64,000 nt of DNA from Octopus sinensis (Eukaryota), in contig NC_043001.1 of NCBI RefSeq assembly GCF_006345805.1, positions 104,780,001 to 104,844,000 on the forward strand. The letters run 5' to 3'. The first letter of the stretch is position 1. Every line of letters begins with the position of its first letter. Positions 37,703 to 51,690 of this stretch are shown one piece after another. Made by a program: the position numbers and the translations under genes. The notes under the pieces are model-generated. The model saw nothing but the letters and a program-made list of their open reading frames with translations. It was not told the origin of the DNA and made no database searches.

Positions 37703-38224
37703 AAACTTAACTAAGTTAATTATTTTATCTCCTCATTCATATGATACTATTCTCCATTGTAATTTACTATTCAGTCCCTATTATGAGATTAATTATATTC
37801 ACATATTATCTATTCCCCTCTAAAACAACCTATAACCCACTAACCCAAGAATATACCAATATTAGCCATGAAATAATATTCAGTCTGCTCGGATGATTCT
37901 AAAATATAACACATAAAACCTAGCGCTATATTTTTTCTACCCCACCCCCAAAGAGATTTTGCCTAATATAATGATTTTAATAATTACTATTTAATCCTTT
38001 TAGGCTTAATTGAAACAGCTGTAAGGGACTATGTTTGATTTTTGCAGATAATAAGCTTTTATTAAATGCTATATCTCCATTTTTACATTTTCTTTTGAAT
38101 GATTGTAAACCATGGATTATATAAAAATCTTTTGTTTTATGGATATTATTATTCAGAGCAGTTTGATTCGGATTCCGTGCTATTTCAGGTTTCGAAGCCT
38201 CTAAATGTGTATGTGTGCGCGCGC

Positions 38225-38452
38225 GTGCGTGTGTACATGTGTGCGAAATTCTTCATTTGTTCCCCACCACTGCATGACAACCAGTGTTGGTATGTTTATG
38301 TCCTCGTAACTTAACGGTTCGGCAAAAGACACCAATAGAATAAGTACCAGGCTTTAAACAAGTAAGTACTGGGGTCGATTAGTTCGCCAAAAAATTCTTG
38401 AAGGCGGTGCCCTAGCATGGCCGTAATCTAATGACTGAACATGTAAAAGAAT
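38225..38452 (+). mobile_element. SINE family B, 3' half
   Basis: Tail motifs. Confidence 0.75.
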
Positions 38453-38498
38453 AACGGTAACTAAATAAAACTAGGTTAATGATGAGTGGACATTTGTG

Positions 38499-38865
38499 GG
38501 GGCGCAATGGCCGAGTGGTTAGGGCAGCAGACTCGCGGTTTCGATTCCCAGACTGGGCGTTATGAATGTTTATTGAGCGAAAACACCTAAATCTTTACGA
38601 GGCACCAGCAGGGGGGTGGGGTGGCGAAACTTGCTGTACTATTTCACCACAACTTTCTCTCACTCTTTCTTCCTGTTTCTCTTGTACCTGTATTTCAAAG
38701 GGCCAGCCTTGTCACACTCTGTGTCACGCGGAATCTCCCCCGAGAACTACGTTAAGGGTACACGTATCTATGGAGTGGTCAACTACTTGCACGTTAATTT
38801 CAGGCTGTTCTGTTGATCGGATCAATTGGAACCATTGTCGTCGTAACCGACGGAGTGCAACAACT
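38499..38865 (+). mobile_element. SINE family D-related copy
   Basis: ggggcgcaatggccgagtggttagggcagc head; tttattgagcgaaaacacctaaa core. Confidence 0.8.
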
Positions 38866-39983
38866 CACATTTACACAGCAGGTTACATTAATATTCAGTA
38901 AATAGGCTGGCTGTTCAGTTTTTCTGACAACTAGCCCACTCGTTCGTGGAAATCAACGTGAGACTCCCTCGTGTGTTGCTTATCTACCACGAATAATGAT
39001 ACGTTGGAAGTAGAGAATCACTTACAAATAAACATACATTGAAGTGATACGTTGCTCATGTCCACAACAGGAAAGATAAGTTTTAGAGGAGGTGAAATAG
39101 GATTGTTGACACTCACTAACTGAGGTAATTACTGACGAAATTCAAGTAACATGCAGGTTTAACAGGAATCGAAAGAAAAGCATTGTCCAAGCTGACCGAT
39201 AATTTGTCACTGTACGTAAAATCTTGCAACAAAGTCAATATTAAATTTTGAGATTCTATCAAATATTTTGTTCCTCTCTTGTCTTCTTAGTTTGGTTAGA
39301 GAGCCGGTGGCACTTAAGATATTTTCAGTTTGTGACCCGAGGAAGTTGAGAACACGCGCAAAATGTGATTATTCGTTTTGCTTTAGATGTGCACAAAATA
39401 AAATTACTGTCTTTTAAATAAGAAATTATAGCTGCAAGAAATTTAAGTTTGGTCGGTCAAGTTTTGCAAAGTTGGTAAGAAAACTGTTCTTGATAGTCAT
39501 TATTTTAGTGCTTATGGCAATTGAAAAGTCGATACCTGCATGACGCCAGACTAAACGTATTTCAAAATTTAGTTTCGTACCTGTAGGCTCTCAATCAAAA
39601 TAACAGAACAAAGATGTAAATAAAAATATTCAACTCTGCTCAACTATATCATGATTGTAAGTATATGTGTAATGCTGTCGTAAATTCCGTCCATTATACA
39701 TAAATCCATAGGATTTACCGTTTACTCACAAGCCAAATGATGCAGCTCTTTATAAAAGACCTTTATTAGAAAGGCAGAGGAGCCGCAACGAACGGAGGAA
39801 ACGGATATCTGTTTTGGGCCTAAATATAGCCGCAGTATTGTGTATATATATATATATATATATATGACAAGGTCGAGAAAAGAACGAAATCGCAATAAAT
39901 AATTAATAAATAAATAGATTTTTTTCCAAAATCCTAGCAACCTTTTTTCTCAATATTCAATATTTGTACATCACTAACACTCT

Positions 39984-40074
<91 letters not shown>

Positions 40075-40217
40075 ATATATATGTATATATATGTATATAT
40101 ATATATTATATATATAATTTCAACAATTGAGGGTAAAATTAATTATTAATCAATTTAACCAAGTATTCAGTATGTAAAGGGACCATTTAAGGCGAATTCA
40201 AAATATTACAAAATATT

Positions 40218-40370
40218 ACATTTTATAAAGGGCTTAGTAAAATAAATTACTTTGCCACATACTGAACTCATTAGAAATAGCAGCAAAAAAAAAATTTTTT
40301 TTTGGCTGCTATTTCTAATGAGTTCAGTATGTGGCAAAGTAATTTATTTTACTAAGCCCTTTATAAAATG

Positions 40371-40371
<1 letters not shown>
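40218..40371. repeat. Loopless palindrome centred on A10/T9
   Basis: acattttataaagggc...gaaatagcagc AAAAAAAAAA TTTTTTTTT G gctgctatttc...gccctttataaaatgt. Confidence 0.9.
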
Positions 40372-40403
<32 letters not shown>

Positions 40404-40510
40404 CTGCTGGCTTAGGCAGCGGGGTGGCGTCATTCGAAGGCTAAAACAATGCGAACGCATTGTGACCAGCGATGTGTAACAACATCTGATGGTCTGGTCG
40501 GTCACGTGAT

Positions 40511-40569
<59 letters not shown>

Positions 40570-40639
40570 CATATATATATATATATCTATATATATATGT
40601 ACGTACATACATACATACATACATATATATATATATATA

Positions 40640-41730
40640 GTTTCCTGAAGGAATGGAGACACTAACTTGCAGTCCCTCTGACCAACCTCTGGATAAATTC
40701 TTTAGACTCAGGTTATATACCGAAACAGCTCCTATCCCAGTCTGTCATCCCGGTTTTCAAACAGGGAAACAGATCCCTCGCAGTCAACTATCGCCCAATC
40801 TCACTCATCTCCCACATCATTAAAGTGTTTGAAAGAGTGGTAAGATCAAGGACCTACAAACTCATAAATGCAAATCCGCATGGCTTTCGCTGTAGCAGGG
40901 ACTGTCTAACATAGCTCTTACACCACATTGAAGATATAATTAAAGCCTTGGGAACAGGTTCGAAATCTGATGTCATATATCTTGACTTCAGTAAAGCTTT
41001 CGACAAGGTTGACCATAATATCTTACTCTCAAAATGTTGGAATCCGTGGAAAACTTCTACACTAGATTAAGCATTTCCTGGCGAATAGAACACAAGGAGT
41101 TGTGGTCGATGGAGTTCACTCAAGTCCAGCAAGAGTCACCAGTGGTGTCCCTCAAGCGACTGTCTTGGGCCCGCTCCTCTTTAAAATTTCCGGCGTCGTA
41201 AATCACTGCAAAGTGAAAATATTTGCTGATGAAACTAAGCTCCAGCAAATCATTAATGAAGAAGAAGACCGAACTCAACTCCAGTCTGATCTATATGCTG
41301 TGAGTCAATGGGCAGACAAAAACAAAATGCAACTGAACGAGAGAAAATTTGAGCTGATGCATTTTGGAAGAAGGTCTATACTAAAACAGCCATAGTCTCT
41401 TCCTTCAGGGGAAACACTCACAGCATCTAACAATATCAGAGACCTGAGTGTAATTGTAGATAACAATCTCAGTTGGAGTGTCCACATCAACAATAAGGTC
41501 GATATAGCTCGTAGGATGAGCTCCTGGATCTTAAGAACATTCTGGTCCAGAGAACAAGGTGTCATCATTCCCCTTTTCTCCTCCTTTGTACGGCCACACC
41601 TCGAATACTGCTGCCCACTGTGGTCTCCCCATACAAAAAAAAAAAACATCTCGAGGATTGAATCACCCCAGAGGGCACTCACTAAACGAATTGAAGGCAT
41701 GACTGATCTCGATTACTGGTACCGCCTTAA
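40640..41730 (+). mobile_element. Decayed non-LTR retrotransposon RT (CR1/L2-type)
   Basis: Translates to NYRPISLISHIIKVFERVV, HGFR, VIYLDFSKAFDKVDH, GVPQATVLGPLLF, IFADETKL and FVRPHLEYCCPLWSP, with stops and frameshifts. Confidence 0.92.
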
Positions 41731-41999
41731 ATACATATGTATTTGAATTTTTCTTGTTATATATCACATTTAAACATAGACATTTTTATTCTGATGTTTA
41801 ATCTTATAGCATAGATGCACGATTCATAGGTATTATATACACGGTGTGTATTTTAACGAAATCTATTTCATTTATTGAAAGTATATTTAACTTTATGGAC
41901 TATTCTTAAGTATCATTATGTATTATTTACACAATGCTTATTTAATCTTGTCTATTTGAATTTATTGAATGTATATTTAACTTTATGGGTACAATAGAG

Positions 42000-43060
42000 T
42001 CCGTTTTTCCTCTTGTTGTTGATTAACTTTCGTTTTGATGTAAGATTCTGGCCGATTAACTGTTTACAAGATAGCCACTGCCTTTCAACTTATTCGGTAG
42101 GTTCATAATGCATTCTTCTACGCCCTTATTATCGATAAAATACATCTATAATAAACCCAATTGTTACTTTTATTTTTTTAATTTCATCTTAGTTTTTAGT
42201 TAATGCGTTTCTAAGTAACTTGTGATAGTGGTGGATGTTAAGATTATAAAGGTCACCAGTCTTATCTGCATGAACAATAATTTCGTCTCTTCTCCTAAGA
42301 TCTTTGGTGATAGAGTTTACTCTCTTCAGATATTCGTTTCCTCTTAAGAGAAGATTACTTAGGAAATTACTTAGAAACGAAATAACTGAAAACTCTAAGT
42401 TAACAAATAGTAGAACACTAAAAACTATATATATATATATATATATACATAGATAGATAGACAGATAAAACTTACTTGGAAATGGATGCGTGGCGTTCAA
42501 TCATATAATAATATAAATAATATATATATGCATATATACATACATATATATGTATATACATATGCATATATGGGTACAGGAAGCCACAGAAGGTAAACCA
42601 CATGAAATACGAAAACATGGAATGCGAACATTTTTCTGCGAACAACGAAAGAAACAAATGGAAAACAAACAAGAAACATAAAGAACGATCCCTCATCAGT
42701 TGTCGGTTGTTTTTCTATTCCGTATTTCGAGCAATTCACGACAATATACGCCTTCGACAAAGCAGTTGCTCCCGCAAAGCAAATAGATAAAATTTGGGAT
42801 GTCACGAAGGGTTAAAGTTGGTAGCAAAAACAGGACAGTGAAGACATACAGGAAGGGCTGCTAAGCCTAAACGAGGTGAGGTGGTGAACGCTCTTGGAAC
42901 AAACTTTGGCAAGAGGCAGACAAGGATGCGCTTGATCAGAAGGAAAGAAATTCAAGTTAGGAAAAGAAAGATAGGCGATGGTCCCGCGTGAGCAACGAGA
43001 GAGCAAAGGAGGAAGAGTGAGGAAGAGAGAGGGACAGACAGAGAACGGCGAAGGGGAGAG
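42000..43060 (-). mobile_element. Penelope-like element remnant (pre-RT region plus terminal sequence)
   Basis: ORF 42189-42500 contains EIIVHADKTGDLYNLNIHHYHKLLRNALTK (ADKT motif preceding PLE RT). Terminal sequence is shared with 25935-26200 and 58998-59030. Confidence 0.55.
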
Positions 43061-44472
43061 GAAAAGAAATGGTGAAAGGATAAGTTCGAGAAAGGAACGA
43101 AAGCGCTAATAATAATGATGAAATATAAAGATATTCTTTCCAAAATTCTGACGACCTTTTCTCAATATATATATATATGCGAGTGTGTGTATGTGTGTGC
43201 ATATAGGTAGCTGTGAAATAATATTTGTAAAGTGTTACAGTACCTCTCTCTTTGTAGCAGCACTAGAAATAATGTAGCACATGGACTGATCATCAGAAAT
43301 GTACATAAATCTGCTCTGATTGGGCTTCCCGACACATTTTCAACGTCGTCTGCTGACATACATTGACAAACAAAGCACAACATACAATACACTGAATGTT
43401 CATATTGTTCACAACATAAACTTTGCAAACAATTTTGTTTTAGACTTTTAAATTAAGTATTTCCGGTAGAATTTCCTGCAGATCATGATTGAATGACTGA
43501 TGACTGAGTGGAGAGAATAGGAAAAAAAAAAAAACACACATAGTAAATTCGTCGGCCATTTCTGAACATACATGTCGTTGTACTTCGGAAAAAATGCATA
43601 ATCATTTCCGATATAATTAGCAATTGATTGTACTCATCATTAGAAATACATACAACAGCAACATCGTTGGATACTGTAATGATTTTACTCACATATTACT
43701 TAACTGCTATATATATACATACATAATTATATATATATACTACAGCACTCCGACGGTTAAGATGACGAGGGTTCCGGTTTTGGCACAATCCCTTCCAGGA
43801 TCTCCCAGATGTATATTACAGCTGGATATATATATATATAGCCTCTGACATAGAAAGTAAGGTTAACCTATTATCATCCAATGAGGTAATTTTTAACAAG
43901 CTCAAAGGCTATTGTTATAATCTAGCAGGATATAAATGTCGAATTAAGTACAACGAAAACAATAGCGCCTGTTCTCATCATCCCAAGAATTATCCTGATA
44001 AGAAAAACAATTACCATCTTACTAATCCCGCATCATCTAATGAATTACAAAATCCTGACACACAAGTTAATTCTTTCAATGATATTCATCAGCAAAACAT
44101 TACCAAAAATCAAACATCCCCAAACAACAATAAACATCTTAATAATACTTTATTTACATTTGACGGATATTTGTCCTCATCTTGTTTGTTGTTAACACAA
44201 TGTTTCAGCTGATATACCCTTGTAAATGATGTAAATAATCTCTTAAATATAGAACTGTGTCTCTTAATAATAAACTCTATAAATTAGACCACCATAACCA
44301 TAATAATCTCTCTAATAGAACTGTTAATACTAATGTAACCAACCCATAAATCCCCAAATCTATTATTATTAATAAGAAAACTAAACCTAAGTATACAGAC
44401 AACAAATAGCAAAAATAAATAATCATAGACAGAAATAGGAACATGAAACATGCACACTTTAAAAATCTAACT

Positions 44473-44590
44473 TATCCCACCCTGCCGGAGTATCGTGGAG
44501 CCTTAGGTGTATTCGCTCAATAAACACTCACAACGCCCGGTCTGGGAATCGAAACCACGATCCTACTTCAAGATTCCACTGCCCTAACCA
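44473..44590 (-). mobile_element. SINE family D-related 5' part
   Basis: taggtgtattcgctcaataaacactcacaacgcccgg..accactgcgccattgcgcc. Confidence 0.75.
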
Positions 44591-46674
44591 CTGCGCCATT
44601 GCGCCTCCACTACCTGTTACAATAGTAATCTTAAGAAGCTAAACCACACGAAACTAGGAAAAGAAATCACTGTTGATTAAGAAATTATATTAATGAAACT
44701 ATGAAAATATGCAAACACAGATGCTTCACAGCCTGTGTGAAGTGCACAATCACATGTGCAGACATGCAACAATGCGCATACATACACACACGCAAGTCGA
44801 GACATGCATATCCATATTGACAATAAACATCATTGCTTGCGTACATACATACATTTATGCATACATACATTTATGCATACATCTATAAATTCTCTGTTTC
44901 CTCACTATCGATTCCTAATTAATTTTTTCTCTTTCGCTTTCTGGCGAAACGAGTAGACATTACATTTGTGAATAGGGACAGGAATCATTAGAAAGAAGAC
45001 CCAGCTGTTATAGGTTACTGAGTGCACGTCTATAGAATATATATTGCTCACAGCTGACCTTCACCCAGTAGTAACAAATAGTGTGTAAACATAAAATAGG
45101 AAAAAATGGAAAATCATAACCGAGAAGCATTAACACCATAGATTTCTAACATAAACTATAGAGCAGCTGTTTAAAGAGAGGCAAGATTGTGGATTATATT
45201 TCATCGAATGATCGTTATAGTAAATAAAAGAAGAAAGAAAAGCAGTCGATGGTGGAAAGGAAACGGTTGATAGATAGAGAAAGAGAGGAAAATGTAGTAT
45301 TCAGTTAGGATCTGGGTTTCTACCTTCTGTGTTCATTGTAATCGACTTTATTTTAAACATCGCAGGCTCGATATTAAAAAAAAGATCTTTTACGAACTTG
45401 CGTTGACTCAATCGACTGTCCTGTCAGTCGAAACATTAGGCCTTATACTTCATCAATACAAAACTTTTAAAGGGAAGCAGATATAGGTTAACCATCAATA
45501 ATAAAGATCTAAAAATATTAAAAATAATAAACACAGGACAACCTTATAAGGAGGAAACAAAATGTGATATTCTGACAATCATGATTTCGTATTTCAGGGA
45601 AGTGAAATAACTACAAACATGAATAAAACAAATTACATTTTCGATTGAAATGTTCCCAAACTGGAAAATGCTTGTCTCTCGTGTAAAAACGTGACTGCCG
45701 TTTCATACAGTTTAAATTAATGTCTCTGAAGAAGGGTCTTTGCTCGGAATGTGAGACCGCATGTCTCATCAATGTATACGAACTTCAAATTCGAGAATCT
45801 TATAAAATAAAATGATTTGTATGGGCTATTTTGTTCCGATTCCAGTTGTAGATTATTTTTACAATAAGGAATCCAATATTGTGAAATCTTATTTAATCAA
45901 TGATAAATAATTTTACTGTAATATCTCATTCTATTTCTCTTGGAATGGTGAAATTTTTTTACCCCAAAAGTATAAATGCATTCCCATCGACCAGTTGTTC
46001 GATCGACGAAACTGCCGACTCATTTAATTAGCACATACATGGCTGAGTATTCCATACACACGCGGTGCTCCAGCATGGCCGCAGTCAAATGACTGAACAA
46101 GTAAAAGAGTAAACTTAACTTGAGAACGATATTCTGGTCTGATGCAACGGTTAAAACGGGAATTCCGTCTCTGATTTTATTTTCATCAGCAAGAAAACAC
46201 TCAACGGTATTAGTTACAGCTGTATTACAATAACATGCAACGTAGTCCGGTTTGACAAGTTTATACACAGGCGGATCATGAATGACCAGGCTAATACGAA
46301 CAAAGAAAGATGCAGTTGTACAATTTCTGCGAAAGTATGTTCAAGAAATTTCCCAAACCCATTGTTGTAAATCAGAAGAACAATCTACAATTGTTAACAT
46401 ATATACTGCAACTTGAGAAACGAGTTACACCGTGCCTTACATGGCGTGTGAAGTCGATTTATTTCGTTATAGTTTTTCCTAAAGAGAATATCGACTTCTA
46501 TTTAGTAGTTATATTTATTCAATCTCAAAGGTATAGATGAAGACCAGAATAGAAAAGTGAATTGTGGTATGGTTTGAGCCAGGATTAGGCTTACCGGGCT
46601 AGGACTAGGCCTTTTAGCTTCAGTCAAGTGATTGACTCGGAGCCTTTATTTACTGAGAGGTAAGATATCTTTTA

Positions 46675-47062
46675 TCTTTTAGTCTGTTTCAGGGATTAGA
46701 CTGCGACCATGCTGGGGCACCGCTTTTAAGAAAATTATAGTTGAATGAATCTACCTCAGTACTTATAAATTTTTAAGCTGGTATATATTCTATCCTTCTC
46801 TTTTTTGCCGAACTTCTTTGTTGCGTAGACGTAAACAAAACCACACCAGCTGCTAAGAGGTGGTGGGGGACAAGCACAAACACAAAGACAGATAGATAGA
46901 CACACGATGGGATTCTTTCAGTTTCCATTTACCAAGTTCACTCACAAGGATTTAATCAATCCGAGGCTATAGAAGGAGACACTTGGCAAGTTGACACGCA
47001 GTGGAACTGAACCCGGAACCATGTAGCTGTAAAGCAAACTTGTTAGCACACAGCCATGCTTG
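46675..47062 (-). mobile_element. SINE family B (diverged)
   Basis: Head and tail motifs. Confidence 0.8.
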
Positions 47063-47755
47063 CAATAATAATCTAATGATAACGCAAAAATAATTCTCGA
47101 AACTGACTTCATTTTAGTAGATACAATTTCTCTAGCTTTCCTTTGAATAATCAAATCATATTACATTGAAAACAATCTCCATTTCCTTGAGATTGAATAT
47201 TCCAAAAATTCTGCCATTTACTTAGATTTGGACATAACCCATTACTTGATATTTCTTGTTGATCATCGAACTGTCGAAGTGTTCTGTTGATCACTATCCA
47301 TTCTAAGAGATACAGATAAAAAAATACAGCTTTCTGCATTTAGAAGAACTTAAATGTAGAAAAGAATGAAATTTATCTTCTTGCATCTTATTTTCTTTTT
47401 TGCCTCGAGTTGGTTAGATCTCTCGAAAATATTCCCAAATAGCATTATAACCTAAAATGAAGTTAATATTCCATATTGGCGAATCAACATCTTTTGAGGA
47501 AGGCGATGAGCAGCACCTCCATTAATTTGATTTCCAAAGAAACCTCAGTGTTCTAATTTAATCATCTGAGAATATGGGCGAAGAGCAATCGATGACGTCA
47601 TTAGTTACTAGTCAGAGAGGAAAGTAATACGTTGCATTAAGACTGCAATACTTGGGAAGAAAACACCACCTGACAATTCATTTCCGGGAGAAATATTGGT
47701 TGAAAGAGGCGACTTTGTATCAACACATTTCACTCTTGGCTCCAGAAGGGAAGTT

Positions 47756-47975
47756 GGATCTTTTCACTTTTACCGGCAGATTTTTAAAATAATTTCTTTG
47801 TAACTAAACACTTTTAAACTTCGTATAGTGGTAGAATGTGTCACATAAAACATATTTTTCTCTTGGCGTCCTTGAGAAAATTCTGTTGTTTGTAAGCTAT
47901 TTCTTGTTTAATTTCTCGTAATTCGGCAACTTCAACCCAATCAATGACGTCTATTGAGGTGAATACAATTACTGC
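47756..47975 (-). mobile_element. Partial second copy of the GGATCTTTT MITE
   Basis: Reverse complement of the right end of 4775-5178 (ggatctttttcac...ttttaaacttcgtatagtggtagaatgtg...caatcaatgacgtctattgaggtg). Confidence 0.75.
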
Positions 47976-48149
47976 TGTTGTCAAAGTGAAATCTGCTGGT
48001 CAAAGTGAATAGATCCGGGAAGTTTAAACTATTATTGAGCTTTGATTTTTGTCAAAACACTTTACGAAACACTTAACGTACTCATTGTGTATTTAGAATA
48101 CGAACTCGTTACCAGTTCAAATATGTGGTTGTTGTTGTTGTTTGTTCCT

Positions 48150-48425
48150 TCTCAAGCCATGCCTGGCTCATAAGGTTTTATTGACGTATAGGTGCCCCAC
48201 CTAGACGGGACACCGGTCTGTCTCACGTGAGCTGCTAGATGCAGGAGGAAAGTGTGAGAGAAAGTTGTGGCGGAGGAGTCAGCAGAAGTCCGCCGTTATT
48301 TTCTGCCAGAGCCGCATGGAGCTTAAGTGTTTCGCTCATAAATATACACATCGCCCGGTCTGAGATTCGAACCCGCGATCTCTCGACCGCGAGTCCGCTA
48401 CCCTCACCACTAGGCCATATGCCTC
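48150..48425 (-). mobile_element. SINE family D-related copy
   Basis: tRNA-like head cgcccggtctgagattcgaacccgcgatc..accactaggcca. Confidence 0.7.
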
Positions 48426-48691
48426 CAGTTCAAATATGCTCCAGGCATATTCGAACGCGTAAGAAAGCTACTCACTGCATTTTGTCATGGAGAAAATTTC
48501 TCGCTGTAGGTTAATAGGTATAAGTCCACCGAGTCAGGCCACAGTTCCTCTTTAGAAGGATGATCAGTGCTTCCTTAGAAGGATGAAAGGTTTATAATAA
48601 TTAATATAAACTTTCGGTGATTAAGGCTTCCAATAAGGAATAAAAAAATAGCTTCCTCTACTAACGTTTGTCACACTATACCATCGTCACT

Positions 48692-48870
48692 CATTTCGTC
48701 TGCCGTTACGTTGAGTTCCAATTCCGCCGAGGTCGACTTTGCCTTTCATCCTTTCGGTGTCGATAAATTAAGTACCAGTTACGCACTGGGGTCGATGTAA
48801 TCGACTTAATCCGTTTGTCTGTCCTTGTTTGTCCCCTCTGTGTTTAGCTCCTTGTGGGTAATAAAGAAGC
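48692..48870 (+). mobile_element. SINE family A
   Basis: Shared core plus gtccttgtttgtcccctctg tail. Confidence 0.85.
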
Positions 48871-49396
48871 ATATATCATTATCACTTCTAGGTTTCGGAA
48901 GAAGAGAGAATAAATTGAAAAAGAATTTTCTGTAAATGGAAAAAGAACCTTTCTTTAAACTATGTTCTCTGTACCAAATTGTGTTGTAGTTTTTATGTAT
49001 TTTTTTATATATTTAGGTATATCATTTTTTTAAATGGGTCTTTGAAGAACAATAGAATTTCAACTCAACGTGTTTGGACCCTTACTATCTCAACGCCTGG
49101 ATGAGAGAGTAAGCTTTTAAATATTCTGGTTGTAATTAGGTCATTTAACAATCAATTTCCTTAGTCTAAAATTCGCACTCTTCAGATAAGGAATCAATGA
49201 TTATCCATTGTTATGAATTTATAAATCCAGTTATACATACACACACACATACACGCACACACGCACACGAAAACACACACACGCACATATTTGCACGGAC
49301 GGCATTTCAAGCCCTACAGATATTATTGATAACTGGTGCTCACTGAGCAATGACATTTATCGACATCAAGTACACAGCTTGCATGTCGCTCCAATT

Positions 49397-49427
<31 letters not shown>

Positions 49428-49799
49428 ATCTATGCACAAGCACACACACACACACACACACATACACACACACACAGAAATTCAGAAATTCGTGTCCTGT
49501 TCGAGTACTTAATTGAAAGCTATTGAATTATAGTTTACACAAAGAAAACGAGAGAAATAAGATAAAAAAATCCGATGTTAAACGTGTAGAAGTTCCATTG
49601 GATACATTTCTCTCGCTAAATATGATATCATCTCAACTTCAGAAACCCATGTTTATTTTCTGTGTTTGTCCAGATCAAATAATCCTATGATCGGCTAAGC
49701 CGGGGTTTAGACTACATTGTTTAACGTATACTCTCTTCTAAAACAGGTGTGGTTTTGAAGAAGATCTGGTTACTACTTCAAGCAAAAACCAACAGCCAC

Positions 49800-50022
49800 G
49801 TAGAGGTCCTCTCGTTGGCCCTTTGGAATACATGTTAAACAGAAACGGGAAGAAAGAGGGAGAAAAAGTTGTGCTGAAAGAGTACAGCAGGGTTCGCCAC
49901 CACTCCCTGCCGGAGCCTCGTGGAGCTTTAGGTGTATTCGCTCAATAAACCCTCACAACGCCCGGCCTGGGGAATTGAAACCGCGTTCCTATGACCTAAC
50001 CACTGGGCCATTGCGCCTCCAC
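49800..50022 (-). mobile_element. SINE family D-related copy
   Basis: Same core as at 44473. Confidence 0.75.
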
Positions 50023-50032
50023 TATATGTATA

Positions 50033-50116
<84 letters not shown>

Positions 50117-51494
50117 ATATATATATATATATATGTAGATATATATATATATATATGCTGGCCTTGTGCTGAAATTTGAAAGCAATATACTTGTTGGTAT
50201 ATTATGGTTGCATAACGGAAGACTTGAAATTGCAGGCCTTGTGCAAAAGTTTGAAACCAATATGTGTGTGTGTGTGTGTTTGTAAGTGTGTGAGTGTTTA
50301 CGCGTGCGTGTGTATTTGTGTGAGAGACAGTATTTGTCAAATCAACGACTTTTTATTTCTGTTTAAAAACATATGGCTTGGTTTCAATGCCGACAATTCG
50401 AACGAACATGGCTGAGTACCACTTAGTTAGTTCAGGCTTGTCTTTGTTGTTGATAGCAATTTTACAGTTGTTGTTGTTGTTGTTGTTGTTTGAAGTCTCT
50501 CCTTTTCCGGAATGGAACGACAAACAACGAAGACGGAGAGCGTCTAAGAAAGCAGTAAGAGAGAGTTATGGAACCTTTCTTCAGTCCAAGCACAAAGGCT
50601 CATTATCAGAAGCGAAAGGTTTCAAGAAATGTAAGATTCTACCATATTGACTGCCGTACAAGCAGTGACCCTGGCAATGGGCGAATGTAGTACCGACAGC
50701 AGTTCTCCAAAAATGCTGTTACAAGTGACTGTAGAGGACATAGTGGAGGCGGCGGTGCAGATGTCCTTCTTTTTTGTATTCGACTGGGTGAAATTCAAAG
50801 ATTTTGCTACTATTTCTAACAGTAATTGTTAACTCATAAAGTTTATTTTTTGGCACAGCTGCTCCTGTTCTTCATTCCTTCATTGTGTCTCTGTGATCGC
50901 AGCATCTAGTGTTTCCGTTGACAAAACCGAACTGTACAAAGGCCACCAACCACATCATTCCTTCTGCCTATTACAACGCTAAACACTAAGTATTCACACG
51001 AATGCAGGTTTACACTATTTTTTATTTCCCTCTTCATTCATCGGATTAAAAATAATATAATTTTACTTGCAAAATGAAAGCATCTCTTTCTCGCTTCCTT
51101 GCAACTTTTATTTTAAAACGAAAAACAGGAAAATGAAATCACGTTTGTTGTTGTCTAATACTTTTTCAGAACGACCGGAAATGGATCAGAGTTTTCTTGA
51201 CGCAACAAACAAAGAAAGAGGAAAACAAATAACGAAAAATTACAAAATCGCGCCAACCCCGACCATCCATTGGAAAAAACTAAAGACAGACAATTGGGAA
51301 AACAAACGAATATGTTAGTTTAAAAAAAATTTTTGTATGATGTCACGCATTTCCACGTTTGCTGTGAGGTTTTTTAAGTGAATCAAATTCAGTGTATTGG
51401 TGAATTTTCTATAAGCCATTAAATGCGCCTGTATATGGTCGCTCATCCTGTTAGAAAAAGCAGCTAAATTCTGTTCCGACCACATCACCTCATC

Positions 51495-51690
51495 TAAGGC
51501 GGCGCGCTGGCAGAATATTTAGCACACCGGATAAAACAATTAGCAGCATTTCGTCCGACTTTACGCTCTGAATTCAAATTCCATCGAGGTCGCCTTTACA
51601 TTCCATCCTTTAGGGTTCGATAAAATAAGTACCAGTTGAATATTGGGGTCGACATAATCGACTCACTCCCTTGCACGAATTGTGTTAAAA
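51495..51690 (+). mobile_element. SINE family A
   Basis: Shared family A core. Confidence 0.8.

Noticed and set aside
42680-42770. CTGATGA and GAAA motifs on the minus strand here and at 26160-26205
   Set aside because: The order is permuted, and I could not build consistent stems II and III or an NUH triplet.
50378-50650. ORF resembling a secreted prepropeptide (poly-Leu followed by RRRR)
   Set aside because: The Leu run comes from a (GTT)n microsatellite, and there is no recognisable peptide repeat or amidation pattern.
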